DNA of 64,000 bases from the human T2T-CHM13v2.0 reference genome, Homo sapiens. The stretch lies in NCBI RefSeq assembly GCF_009914755.1, contig NC_060947.1. The stretch is one strand, 5' to 3'. The notes beneath the pieces are model-generated. The model did no database searches. It was not told where the DNA came from and saw only the letters and a program-made list of their open reading frames with translations. Below, piece after piece: positions 1-13,886 of the stretch; the first letter of the stretch is position 1, and the number at the start of each line of letters is the position of its first letter. The position numbers were made by a program, and so were the translations under genes.

Positions 1-261
1 ACTCACTGCCTGAATCTTAAATATGATTACTTTGACTTCTTAACCTCTCTTCTTCCAAAAAAGAGAATCAAAATAATACTTTGTAGGAAAATTGCTGATA
101 CAGACTTTCTTCATCCTTTGAGATTAGATCATCCCAAACAGAACTTTGAGTAGCCTCCTATTAATCTTTTTATACAACATATCTCACATGATTGTGGCTT
201 AAGTAATGCAAATATTATGGAAGTTGTTAGTGCCAAATATTATGAAAGTTGTTTCTAATAT

Positions 262-604
262 TAGAATATTAGCAATTTCTAATTCCCTTCTTTCCTGGCA
301 TGCCATAGGATTTCACTCCTCTGACTTCTCTGAAGGTAGGTATAGACAGATGATTTGCATTGGTTTTAAAAAAAAGTGAGGAGATGCTTTGAGTCAGTGT
401 GTAACTTAGCATTTACCCTTGCCTGCCTGTCCAAATGGATCTTCCATCAGCCTGATTTCTTGAGTGACTGTAATGAGAACACACCCTTGCAAACTTATTT
501 TGAACATGTAATATGAATAAGAATGAAATTTTTGTTGGGTGAAGCACTGAGATTTGGAGGCTGTTTGTTTCTGTGGCATAATCTAGCATTTGCTGACTGA
601 TAGA
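262..604 (+). mobile_element. Old MaLR LTR (MLT1-type) fragment
   Basis: MLT1-like 3' end (aataagaatgaaattttgttgggtgaagcactgagatttggaggctgtttgttt...gactgataga); start is approximate. Confidence 0.55.
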
Positions 605-2416
605 AACTTGATTTTTGATGGAGACTGTATAATTCAGAAATGTTCATAATATTTTACAGTGGAATAGGTATGTTGTGTGCATGTGTGTGTAAGACATAGA
701 AGCAAAACTTTGCTTGACGTGGGGTTAGGAGTCTGGAGTCCTAGCTTGGCCTCTCCTTCCTTCCTGTAGACTCCTGAAACACCTTATCACAATCTTATTA
801 GAAGACAGTTTGAAAGCCATTACCAAAGACTCCCAAGCTAATATCAAGAAATTTTTACAATTAAGAGTTTGATTCTTCCTTTTTTATACAGCAGCAATGT
901 GAAAAATCTGTTCCACAACCACTAAATAATAAGATAAAACTAATTATAATCAGGCGAAGGCAATAAAAACTAAAGCAATGAGAGTCTTTTCCCAGTGAAT
1001 ATATCATAATCACATACACATGGGTTAAGTATGAAGCCAGGGTATGTGTTTGCTTTTCCATGTGAAGCAGAGCTTTGAGAATGGGACTGAATATCAGCAT
1101 AGGAACCAGGAGATGTCGTGTTAGCTTGTCCTACCCTGGGTCTGCTTTTGTCTTCTCTTCCTCACCTGATTCCTCATCTCAATGTCAGCCCTGCTGTCAG
1201 TTCAGTGATTACATTTTAGTCAAAGCTACAGATTCCAATGCTTTCAAGCATCCTTAAATGTTATGGTGTCCTAATCCTTTGAAAATCTGAATTAAACCAT
1301 GGACTCCAGGAAAAAAAAACAGATCTACATGCTTAAAATATGCATCAAGTTGCAAGGATTTCAAGACCTGCCTGAATCCCAGCTTAAGAAACCTTGATCA
1401 AATGGTTTTTCAAATTTACAGAATGAATTTGGCCTCTTGAAGTTGTGTAGATTTCTGCATTTGGTCAAGATGTGTATGAAATAAGAACACTATAGTAAGT
1501 AGTTTCACATACTGGTTAATATTTCAAGGGCATCTCAAAAAGTAGAAATTTTTAATTCCATTTTTTTATTGTGGTAAAATATACATAGCATAAAATTTAC
1601 CATTTTGACAATTTTTTAGTCGTATAGTTCAGTGGCTTTAAGTACATTCACGTTTTTGTGTAATCATCACCACCATCCATCTCCAGAACATTTTTCAGCT
1701 TTCCAAACTGAAACTCTGTATTCATGAAGTAATAACTTTCCATTCTCCCTTCCCTCTAGTCCCTGACAACCACCATTCTACTTTCTGTGTTTATGGATTT
1801 AATGATTCTCAGTAACTCATATAAGTGGAATTATACAATATTTGTCCTTTTGTGACTGGCTTATTTCACTTAGCATAATGTCTTCAAGGTTCATCTATAT
1901 GAAGCATGTGCCAGAATTTCCTTTCTTTTTAAGGCTGAATAATATTCCATTGAGTATATATACCATATTTTGTTTACCCATTCACTTGAGCTGCTCCCAC
2001 CTTGTGGCTATTGCGAATATTGCTGCTATAAACACAAGTGTACAAATATTTATTCAAGTCATGCTTTCAATTCTTTTGTGTATATACTTAGAAGTGGACT
2101 TCTGGAATATGTGGTAATTCTATTTTTGGTTTTTAAGGATCTACCCTACTGATTTCCATAGCAGCTGCATCATTTTACATTTCTATCAGCAGTGCACAAG
2201 GGTTCCAATTTCTCCACATCCTTGCCAACACTTGTTATTTTCTGTTTTTCTTCTTCTTTTTAAATAATAGTCATCCTAATGGGTATGACGCGGTATCTCA
2301 TTGTGGTTTTGATTTGCATTTCCCTAATTATTAATGATGTTGAATCCCTTTTCGTGTGTTTATTGGCCATTTATATATCTTCTTTTGAGAACTGTCTATT
2401 CAAGTCCTTTGCCCGT

Positions 2417-2833
2417 TGTATTAGGCCATTCTCACATTGCTATAAAGAAATACCTGAGACTGGGTAATTTATAAAGAAAAGAGATTTAATTGGCTCGTGG
2501 TTCCTCAGGCTGTACAGGAAGCATGATGCTGGCATCTGCTAGGCTTCTGGGGAGGCCTTAGGAAACTTACAATAATGGCAGAAGGTGAAGGGGTAGTTGG
2601 CACTTCACATGGTGGGAGCAGGAGGAAGAGAGAGAATGAGGAGGTGCCACACACTTGTAAACCACAGATCTCAGGAGAACTCTATCATGAGAACAGCACC
2701 AAAGAGAAGGTTCTAAACCATTCATGATGGATCCACCCCCATCCAATCACCTCCCACCAGGCCCCACCTCCAACATTTGGGATTATAAATTCCACATGAG
2801 ATTTAGATAGGAGCACAAATCCAAACAAAATCA
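2417..2833 (-). mobile_element. MSTA-like MaLR solo LTR nested in L1MB
   Basis: tgtattaggccattctcacattgctataaagaaatacctgagactgggtaattt...aaatca; 5-bp TSD cccgt/cccat. Confidence 0.85.
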
Positions 2834-3715
2834 CCCATTTTTAAACTGGGTTGTGTTTGTTTTTAGTTGTTTTACTTGTAGGAGTTCTGAATATATTCTG
2901 GATATCAACCCCTTATCAGATATATGATATGCAAATATTTTCTCCCATTCTATGGGTTGCCTTTTCACTCTGTTGATAGTGCCCTTTGATGGGCAAAAGT
3001 TTTCAAATTTTTCTGTGGTCCAAATTATGGGTTTTCTTCTTCTGTTGCCTGTGTTTTTGGTGTCATATTCGAGAAATCATTGCCAAACTTAATGTCAAGG
3101 AGCTTTTCCCCTGTGTTTTCTTCTAAGAGTTTTATAGTTTTAGCTCTTATGTTTACAGATATTTTATCTATTTTTAGTTAATCTTTGTATATGGTGTAAG
3201 ATAAGGATCCAATTTAATCTTTTTGGATGCGAATATCCAGTTTTCCCAAAACCGTTCGTTGAAAAGACTCTTCTTTCTCCATTAAATGGTCTTGGCACCC
3301 TTGTTGGAAATCACTTGACCATATATGTAAGGGTTTATATATCTGGGATCTCTATTCTATTCCATTAGCCTATATGTCTGTCTTTATGTGAGTACCACCC
3401 TGTTTTGATTACTGCAGTTTTGCAGTAAGTTTTGAAATCAGGAAGTGTGAGACCTCCAACTTTGTTCTTGAAAAAGAACTTTGTTCTTGAACAAAGTTGT
3501 TTTGACTATCCAGAATTCCTTGAGATTCCATATTAATTTTACAGTGAATTTTTCTATTTCTACAAAAAATTTGTTAGGATCTCAATAGTATTTGCATTGA
3601 ATATGTGGTCTTTTTGGGGAGAGCATCTTAACAATATTGTCTTCCAATCCAGAAACATGGGATGTTTTTCTGCGTATCTGTGGCCTCTCTAATTTCTTTC
3701 TGCAATGTTTTATAG

Positions 3716-4037
<322 letters not shown>

Positions 4038-5303
4038 CAATGTTTTGTAGTTTTTAGTGGAGAAGTTTTTTACTTCCTTAGTTCAGTTTATTCCTAAGTA
4101 TTTTGTTATTTTTATGCTAATGTAAATAGAATTGCTTTCTTCATTTGCATTTTGGATTGTTCATTGTTAGTGTATAGAAACACAACTGGTTTTTTGTGTG
4201 CTGATTTTGTGTGTGTGGAATCTTTAGGGTTTTCTATATACAAGATCATGTCATTTGTGAACGGAGATAATTTTACTTCTTGCTTTCCAAATTGGATGCC
4301 TGTTATTCCTTTTTCTTGCCTAATTGCTCTGACTAGGACTTTCAGTCGTGTGTTAAATAGAAGGGGCAAAAGCTAGCATCCTTACCTTCTTTCTCATCCT
4401 AAAGGAAAAGTTTTCAGTCTTTCACCATTGAGTGTGATATTAGCTGTGGGTTTTTAATATATGGCCTTTATTATGTTAAAGTAGTTTCCTTCTCCTTCTA
4501 GTTTGTTGAACATTCTTATGATAAAAGTGTGTTGAATTTTATCACATTATTTTTCTGCATCAATTAAGATAATCATGTAGTTTTTTTTCATTATTTTAAT
4601 ATGATGTGTTACATTGATTCAGTTATCTTCTTAAAACAGGGTTAAAATATTCTCAAATAAAATCCAGGCTAAAGGAAGCTTTAATGTGTTGTCTCATTGT
4701 TCTATGTGAACCTAGACAAGGCCTCTCCTCTCTTCTTTCTAAGAAGTCCTCTGGGTTTCTTACACTTCTACCTTTTGCTTCTCACTTTCCTCGTGGGCTC
4801 CTCATGAAAATATATTTTCAAATACAAAAATATTTGCCTCTTGGAAAATATGTAAATCCGTAACCCTAGAATCATAGATGGCTAAGACTGAAAATGGCTT
4901 CAGAGTTCATTTGGTTCACTTGTCACAAAAACAGAAAACTTGCTTTGTTTTAAAAAAAATGTGCTATTGAAGTATATTTCAACAGTCCAGGTTTCATTTC
5001 TCATTACATAATTTAATGTAATGAGGTTTGATACATACATATAAACAGGGAGAAAAGTGATTACATATAGGACTGGCTATGAGTAGATCAAAAACTATTT
5101 CACTTCAACTGGAATATGTCTTCTTCCCAATGTTGCTCTTAGGAAATCCATCTGACTAGTTTTATACATCAGTATGCTAAATGAAAAAATGCACTTTACC
5201 AAAAATATTTCACTTACATCATCTCACTGAGTCCTTCAAACAACCCAGTGAAGTAGATATTATAATTCCCAACAGACACATACAGGTCAAAAGAGTAATT
5301 ATA

Positions 5304-5620
5304 GGCCAGGCATGGTGGCTCATGCCTGCAGTCCCAATGTTTTGGGAGGTTGGAGAGGGAGGCTATCTCTTGAGGCCAGGAGTTTGAGACCAGCCTGGGC
5401 AACATAGCTAGATCTTGTCTCTACAAAAAATAAAGAAAATTAGCCAGGAGTGGTGGCATATGCTTGTAGTCCTAGCTACTTGAGAGGCTGAGGTGGGAGG
5501 ATCATGCTTATAGGACCAGGAGTTCAAGGCTTCAGTGAGCTGTGATCAGGCCACTGCACTCCAACCTGGGTGACAGAGCAAGACTCTGTTTCTGTAAAAA
5601 AAAAAAAAAAAAAAAAAAAA
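5304..5620 (+). mobile_element. AluJ-type SINE
   Basis: Diverged full-length Alu with poly(A) tail; TSD-like aagagtaattata / aaagtgattaca. Confidence 0.9.
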
Positions 5621-5812
5621 GTGATTACAAAATGATAGTCAAAAAGACGTGTGGAGAATTCTAGAGAGAAGGAATACATGATTGCAGTTTGAGAAAGGAG
5701 TTAAAAGTTTAAGTTGTTAGATGCAAGCAAAAGTTGTAAAAGGATTTATTAGTATTAATATTAAAATGGTAATAACCATATAAAGTCATGGTCTTAAATA
5801 GAAAATTATTTC

Positions 5813-6596
5813 CATTTATGCAGCCAACAGACACGTGAAAAAATGCTCATCATCACTGGCCATCAGAGAAATGCAAATCAAAACCACTATGAGATACCAT
5901 CTGACACCTGTTAGAATGGCAATCATTCAAAAGTCAGGAAACAACAGGTGCTGGAGAGGATGTGGAGAAATAGGAACACTTTTATACTGTTGGTGGGAGT
6001 GTAAACTAGTTCAACCATTGTGGAAGACAGTATGGCGATTCCTCAAGGATCTAGAACTAGAAATACCATTTGAACCAGCCATCCTATTACTGGGTATATA
6101 CCCAAAGGATCATAAATCATGCTACTGTAAAGACACACACACATGTATGTTTATTGCAGCACTATTCACAATAGCAAAGACTTGGAATCAACCCAAATGT
6201 CCATCAGTGATAGACTGGATTAAGAAAATGTGGCACATATACACCATGGAATACTATGCAGCCATAAAAAAGGATGAGTTCATGTCCTTTGTAGAAACAT
6301 GGATGGAGCTGGAAACCATCATTCTGAGCAAACTATCACAAGGACAGAAAACCAAACACCGCATGTTCTCACTCATAGGTGGGAATTGAACAATGAGAAC
6401 ACTTGGACACAGGGTGGGGAACATCACACACTGGGGCCTGTCCTGGGGTCGGGGAAGGGGGGAGGAGGGGAGGGATAGCGTTAGGAGAAATACTTAATGT
6501 AAATGACGAGTTAATGGGTACAGCACAGCAACATGGCACATGTATACATACGTAACAAACCTGCACGTTGAAAAAAAAAAAAAAAAGAAAAAAAAA
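5813..6596 (+). mobile_element. L1PA LINE-1, 5'-truncated (ORF2 C-terminus plus 3'UTR)
   Basis: ORF 5835..6389 is the intact ORF2p C-terminal Cys-rich region ([24 protein letters not shown]...FSLIGGN); G-rich 3'UTR; poly(A); TSD aaaa(t/a)tatttcca. Confidence 0.95.
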
Positions 6597-6721
6597 TATT
6601 TCCAGTTCTGTTACTAAAGTGACCTGGACGCCAACTGCTAGTACACAGGTAGAAATCTTTAATATGTGCTCCCAAAGCCCAGATTTAGGCTTCTAACCTA
6701 TTGTCCATTAAAAGAGCTTTG

Positions 6722-7024
6722 CTTTTTTTTTCTTTTTTTTTCTCTTTTTTAAGACAGGGTCTCACTCTGTTGCCTAGGCTGGAGTGCAGTTGCACAGTCA
6801 TGGCTCACTGCAGTCTCCATTTCCAGGGCTCAAGTGATCCTCCTGCCTTAGCTTCCTGAGTAGCTGGGACTACAAGCACGTGCCACTATGCCTGGCTAAG
6901 TTTTGTAGAGGTGGGATCTCACCATGCTGCCCAGAATGGTCTCGAAATCCTGGGCTCAAGCGATCTGTCTGCCTTGGCCTTCCAAAGTGCCGGGATTACA
7001 GGAGTGAGCCACCCTGCCTGGCCT
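6722..7024 (-). mobile_element. AluJ-type SINE
   Basis: Alu body with shortened linker; aaaagagcttt repeated at 6710 and 7051. Confidence 0.88.
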
Positions 7025-7101
7025 TTTTTATTTTTATTTTTTATTTTTTGAAAAGAGCTTTTTTTGGGTGAATATTGGATTTTATATCTGAATGCTGGAT
7101 G

Positions 7102-7253
7102 AAAGAGATAGCTTGCAAATGAGCTGCTGATATGCTATGAGTTGCCCCATTTCTCATCAAGAAAATTGAAATAAACTGCGATTTTATTTATGGTGGCAGA
7201 ACCAGGACGATGTTGCCAGAATGAAGAAGGAATGGGCTATGTGGAGATTGTCT
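7102..7253. repeat. Local direct duplication A, copy 1
   Basis: About 93% identical to 7994-8149 by manual alignment. Confidence 0.92.
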
Positions 7254-7993
7254 GGAGGGAAAAATAAGGTGGGTATGAAACATTTGTTTTTACTAGAAAG
7301 TTAAGTCTGAGTCCTTGATGAATACTAAAAAAGAGAACAATTAATATAAAGCAGGGATAAGGAAATCATAATGAAAAAATAAGGATGATCAGAATAGGAA
7401 ATGTTTCATTCTATCTTTATTATATGAGGCAGTATTCATTTTAAAATGCGTTGTATACTTCTATTAAGCATGTGCTTATTTATATAATATCATTTATATC
7501 TTTTTCCCCTATCTCTTGTAGAGAAGGCTAGCTATAGGTAACTGTAAATAAGCCAACTATTTCCAGAAAAAGTTAGAGCTAGACCAAGATTGATTCGCTC
7601 TGATGGCCACATTCAATAATCACATAGAGAATCTAAAAACCAAAAACTAAAAAACACAAAATATACAAACATTTAGGATTTAATGCTGACCTCATGCCTA
7701 TAGGATCAGGCTTAATAATAAGAGATGGTCTTTGAAGTATTGGAAACAATAGGAAATAATGTATTTTGCATTTAAAGGGCAACTATTATTATTGCTTACC
7801 AGTGATTAAGAGACCTAGATGACCAATCCCATTTGCTCTACAAGAATCGATTATTGGGATCAGCTATTATAGTTGGTACAAAGAAGCTCTAGGACAGGAA
7901 TAGGTTCATCCAGCATTCAGGACAAGATGGAGAAATGGAAATCTCTGAAAACAAAGCTAATGAAAATAAAAAATGGAAAAGACTGGTAAAACC

Positions 7994-8149
7994 AAAGAGA
8001 TAGCTTGCAAATAAGCTGCCGATACGCTATGTATGAGTTGCCCCAAATCTCATCAAGGAAATTAAAATAAACTGCGATTTTATTTATGGTGGCAGAACCA
8101 GGACGATGTTGCCAGAATAAGGAAGGGATGGGCTATGTGGAGATTGTCT
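7994..8149. repeat. Local direct duplication A, copy 2
   Basis: Matches 7102-7253 with about 10 substitutions and one 4-bp insertion. Confidence 0.92.
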
Positions 8150-9834
8150 ATTAAAATTGTAAGGATTTTGCCTTCATGTCGTCGGTACTTTTGGGATGAC
8201 ATGATGTTCTTACCACCCGTCAGACATGCTTCTTCAGGAAAGGTCAAGACCTGGACCTCAGAGAAGGCACTCCAAGAAGGTGTGTACACCTGGAGACTCT
8301 GTCGCAGCTGCAAGCCGTTCTCTCTCTGAATAAACAGAGAGTCCCACCTTTCTTTGAGGAGTATCCACACTGTCCTCTCCCCCAAAGCAACAGGGATTTA
8401 CTCTAGCAGGGAACCTCATTGGAAGCAGAAGAATCAGAATTTCCTGGGGACAAATGTACCATGTCAAAGTCCCCCAAATGATTCTGACCCCCATCCTACT
8501 TGGGAGATGCTAACTTTCCAGGTTGTGAATCACACTTCTCACCAACTTAATTGCAAGGGCTTTAACTTTCACAACAGTAAAAGTAATACTCCATGAAACA
8601 GCACAAAGTATCTGGTTTCCAAAAGAAACTTTTTATATGAACCCAAAGTTAAAGAATTTAAAACAGGGGCATGATGATTTAAATGATTAAAGTGGGCTAA
8701 TGAAATCATCTTACAGGCTACATGCGAAAGTTCCTAGTTTTTTGGTGTAGATCAAAGAATTCCACGAAATTCAGTTAAACTACTGAAGGACATTACTATT
8801 GCCAATAAAAATATAATAGTTAACTTGAAGAGAAAGATTTCGCATTTTATTAATCTGAGTTTTAAGAAAAATGTGTGAGATGCCAGTAACTCAAAGCAGC
8901 AAACTTTTATTTTTTCTGTAATGTGCCTAGGCCAGCCATGAAGAATACATTTCATGTCTTGTGTCAATTACAGTTGACTCCCACGGCTGTGCTGGGCAGG
9001 ATGCTCAGACCCACTCTCACTCAGGGAAAGGGGGCTTTAATCAAACTGATTAGTCTGCCCTTGGCACCAACACGCATTCCCACACCATGCTAGGAATTCC
9101 TTTCTGTGAAGCGATTAGAAATTACACTCCTTATGCTTGAATAGCTTTTAGTCTGGTTTGGGAATTAAGACCCAAAGAGGTGAGAAAATAGAGCATTTCT
9201 CAGGCAATATAGACACTTCCATCAATCTCTTCTGTGCTCCTCTTGTGGGACTAATTGCTCCTTTCTTGTTACTGCCATGAGCATTTTATGAGCACTGTTA
9301 CAGGGCTACTGCCTTTGTTATTGTTCTTACATGGTTACCGCTCCCCTGTTAGTTTGCAACACCCTTGAGGGCAGTGACTGTACTCCATTGCTCCAGCTCA
9401 ATTACCGTCAGCCCTCAGCACCCTGGTCTGTGCCTTATGAGTTGAGGGGCCCTCTCTGACAAGGAGATGAGCATATGAAGGGGGTTAAAGGAAATCAGAT
9501 AAGTGGGGTGGAAATACCAGGCTTTGCTCTCAGCTAACTAGGCCCCCCTTGTTCCCACCCCTAAGTCCCCAGTTTTCTGGGCTTATGTCTACAGCCTTCC
9601 CATTGAGTCTATCAGCAAGCAACACTTGGCAACTTTCAAATAAATTCCTCTTCTCTTTAAGTTCCCTGACTTGAGTTTGAGTTGCCTGGGACATTCTTCC
9701 ACAAAGACTTAGCTTTTTCCTCCGTTCATACCTCTGCTCCCATTACCCACTTCCCTTATGACATGGCATGATAGGAGGTGCAGAATGGAAAGAGCTGATG
9801 GAGATTCCCAGAGTGCAGGATTTCCAGTCGGTTG

Positions 9835-10010
9835 GCTCTGGCATCGAATTCCAGCTCTGCCACCTACTGTATGACTTTGGGCAAGTGATTTGTCCCTGTG
9901 AGCACCCAGTTAGCCAGGATGAAGTGGATGCAATGTCTGCCTCTGGAAATAGCTACGAGGGTCAAGGCAGATGATATATCCTAGGCATACAGCTCTGGGG
10001 ACACTTATTA
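9835..10010 (+). mobile_element. MIR fragment
   Basis: MIR core-like tcgaattccagctctgccacctactgtatgactttgggcaagtgattt. Confidence 0.65.
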
Positions 10011-10449
10011 TCCAGCTTCCCTATTCCTCATTTAGCAGTCATTGCCATGTGCATCTTGTATATTGTGACCATTTAAATCTTTTATTATTTATCTTCTTAT
10101 ATACTGATGCCTTATTTGCCTCCCTGCAGGGAAAAAGCTTGAGGCCCCATCCTCACTCCACCCCAGCCTTTGCAAAGTTCTATCCATAGTAGGTGCTCAG
10201 TGTGTACATACATATGTATGTATATGTTTATATATATTGATTGATTGTCAGCTCGTGGTGTATATTCACAGCCATAGAGTGGGCTCATTTTGCTTTATTC
10301 ATTGACATCATGCTGCCTGCTGCCCATGGTCTTGTTGACTGGTCAGGTTTGCTGTCCCACTCCGGGAGGGCTTCTAGGTATACCACTGGACAGATTAGGA
10401 CTGATTTCAGGGTTTTTCCTGGTACATATCCTTGCGGACTGATTCTGGA

Positions 10450-11520
10450 CAGTGTCAATGTCCTCCAGCCAAAGACCTCTAAAAACATATCTGTAGTTGA
10501 ACAAGTTGAATTTCTTACTTGTAGCGAGGGAGTATACACACCTTGGGGAACAGTGGAAAATTTAAGGAAAAGGGTGCTAGAAAAGACTTACTGTGCAGAA
10601 AAGAGCTAACATAGCAAGCCTGAGACTGCTACCCTTTCAAAGGCCTGCTTGCTAGGTTGGCCCTTGGCCCATGTCTGGGAAGCTGGATTTGGGGAATGTT
10701 CCCACCATTCCCTAACTCATAAGAGCAGCCCACTGTGCCTAAAGTGTCTGTACAGACAATATGGTCTATGCTAACACCTGTTTTCCTTCTGGAAGTCTGG
10801 TATTTTGGTTTGTGCTAGGCAGAAAGCGTCTGTGGAGTCATCCCCCAATAAAACACAGGCACTGAGTCTCTAATGACCTTCCCTGATAACAGCATTTCAC
10901 ACTATTGTCACAACTTGATGCTGCAGGAATTAAGCACATCTTATGCGACTCTGCTGGGAGCTTGGGCCTGGTTTCCTTCGAAAATCACCCCGTGTACCTT
11001 TTCCCTTTGCTGATTTTGCTGTGTATTCTTTCACAGTAATAAGTCTTAGCTGTGAGTCTGCCAATATGCTGAATCTTCTGATACCACTGGCACATTTATA
11101 AGATGTGAGCTTACCTTAGGTGACTTTGGGGAGGATGTAAGGGTGTGAGACTTTGCTCTGGATCACATCATCTCAAGGAGCAGTGGTAATTCTATAATTG
11201 GGTATCTCAGTAAATCTTATCCAGGAGGAGGGAAGATTACAACAAGGACTAGAACAAGGCCAAAGCTGTAATTGGTAAAGAAGCAGCAGTCACTTACATT
11301 AGCTGGGGTAGGGAAATATTGTGTATTTTGTGGCTCGAAGAATGCTCTTGTTTTGTTTATGTTCAGACATGATTACGGAGGAGTCGTGCTTCGTCATGGT
11401 CACAGAGTGGCCTTGTTTGAGGTTGATGCTTGGTGAAAATATTCACATTCAACAGAACACCCAGGCCCAACTGTGAGGGCCCATCAGCTCCGCAATGTCA
11501 GCAGTTGCTTTTCTCTCTCT
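10450..11520. mobile_element. ERV1 (MER4-group) LTR with a nested MER21-like LTR (~10592-11093)
   Basis: Inner element starts tgtgcagaaaagagctaacatagcaagcctgagactgct (MER21-like) and has an LTR AATAAA near 10847; outer LTR-like sequence resumes after it; family assigned by eye. Confidence 0.65.
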
Positions 11521-11732
11521 CACCAGTAATGCATTCTCAAATTGTCTCATCTTTGATGTCACAGCTTTCACTTAAACCGAAAAGTTTCTCCATAATGGTT
11601 TCAGTTTCTCAAGCCTTTATAATTATAGCAGACTTCCAATTTCCTGTATCCATTGAGCGAAAATCCCTCCTGGTGGAGACCAAGTTATTGGAGGAGGCCT
11701 AACCCATAGGACAGAGATCAAATGATTTTATT

Positions 11733-12053
<321 letters not shown>

Positions 12054-12999
12054 TAATAACTGCTAACCAGTGTACTGCTTTCCCCCCGGACAGTGGGCTC
12101 TCCAAATATTTAATTCAACCTATTTTCATGACTTTTGTCACTGGCATTTATTTTAGCAGTCTCTTGTTGGCTGAGAAGATATAGTTGTATGCACTGAGGC
12201 AGCACTGTCCAAGTCTGTTCACAGCTCTCCTTCCCTGCAGCCCAAGGTTGAGGTTGTGGCCCTCACGACCACCTCAGGCAGCTAATTGCAATCTTTTGAC
12301 TGCAGCCTGCAGCTCTAACAGCATCAGTCACTCAGATAAGCATGCCTCTTTGCCCTTTGCCCTGGGTAAGCCTGCAACTCTAATGCCAATTAATTCCCAG
12401 CAACATCAGTTCAGGTGCTGATAGGCACAGGTGGGATCCATTTTTCAAGCCTATCAGGAGCTGTTCCCTCTCTCTCTGTCCATCTGAATATTTCACCCCT
12501 CACCAGGGCTCCCCTTTCTACTCCTGGAACCTGGGCGGGGAGGGCTGAAGGTCTAGTAGCTAAGAAATTATTCCACCTAGGAATAGAATGTTCAGCTCCC
12601 ATCTTGCAGGCAGTTGTGAGAGATTTTTGCAGGGAGCACTTCTCCTTGGCTTTGAGAAGAAATCTGGTCTAGAGGCCTGACCCCTTGCTGGAGAGAGAAG
12701 AGTAGCTTGTCTTTAAACCTACATCCCTGAGAATGATCTCTTTGACATCTTCTGGAATTAGGGGATGTTAGCTCATTCTGTTAGGGGAACACTCAGTGTG
12801 TTCCCCGAGTTGGTGGCCCTCTGAGCTTAGCCTAGGAGAACCTCATGCCTTTCCAGGCAGTGGGTCCTAACTTCCAGTTCCGGAGAAGGATCCCACTCAG
12901 CACTTCACAACACTAATTCTAATTTCATCAATCAGCAATAGCGGAGGACAACATCATCTTATTAGGGAACCGTTGAGAATTATGGCGAAGCTTCTAAAC

Positions 13000-13319
13000 T
13001 TGCACTGTCCGAAATAGTAGCCACTGGCCCTTGTGGCTGTTGAGCCTTTTGAAACATGACCAGTCTACATTGAAATGTGCTGTCATTGTAAAATACATAT
13101 CGCATTCCAAAGACTTAGTCTAAATAAAGAACATAAAAATCTCAATAATTTCTTTATCAATTCTTTGTTCAAATGATAACATTTTTGATATATTGGGTTA
13201 AATAACATATATTATCAAAATGAATTCTGCTTGTTTCTTTTTAATATTTTTTAAGGCTGCTACTAGAAAGTTTAATGTTAACTATATGACTCACATTATA
13301 TTTCTATTGGACAGGGCTA
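13000..13319. mobile_element. MER33-like hAT-Charlie MITE
   Basis: Termini gcactgtcc...ggacagggc; internal agccactggcc, cacattatatttctattggacag. Confidence 0.75.
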
Positions 13320-13327
13320 TTCTAGAC

Positions 13328-13886
<559 letters not shown>

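Noticed and set aside
5835-6389. 184-aa ORF, the longest in the window
   Set aside because: It is the LINE-1 ORF2p C-terminus of a 5'-truncated L1PA with no promoter, not a host gene
7102-8149. Direct repeats considered as LTRs of a small retroelement or as a CRISPR-like array
   Set aside because: No TG...CA termini, PBS, PPT or TSD; only two copies; eukaryotic context
12785-12805. Small hairpin gggaacac-tcagt-gtgttccc
   Set aside because: An 8-bp stem is expected by chance in 64 kb; no ncRNA context
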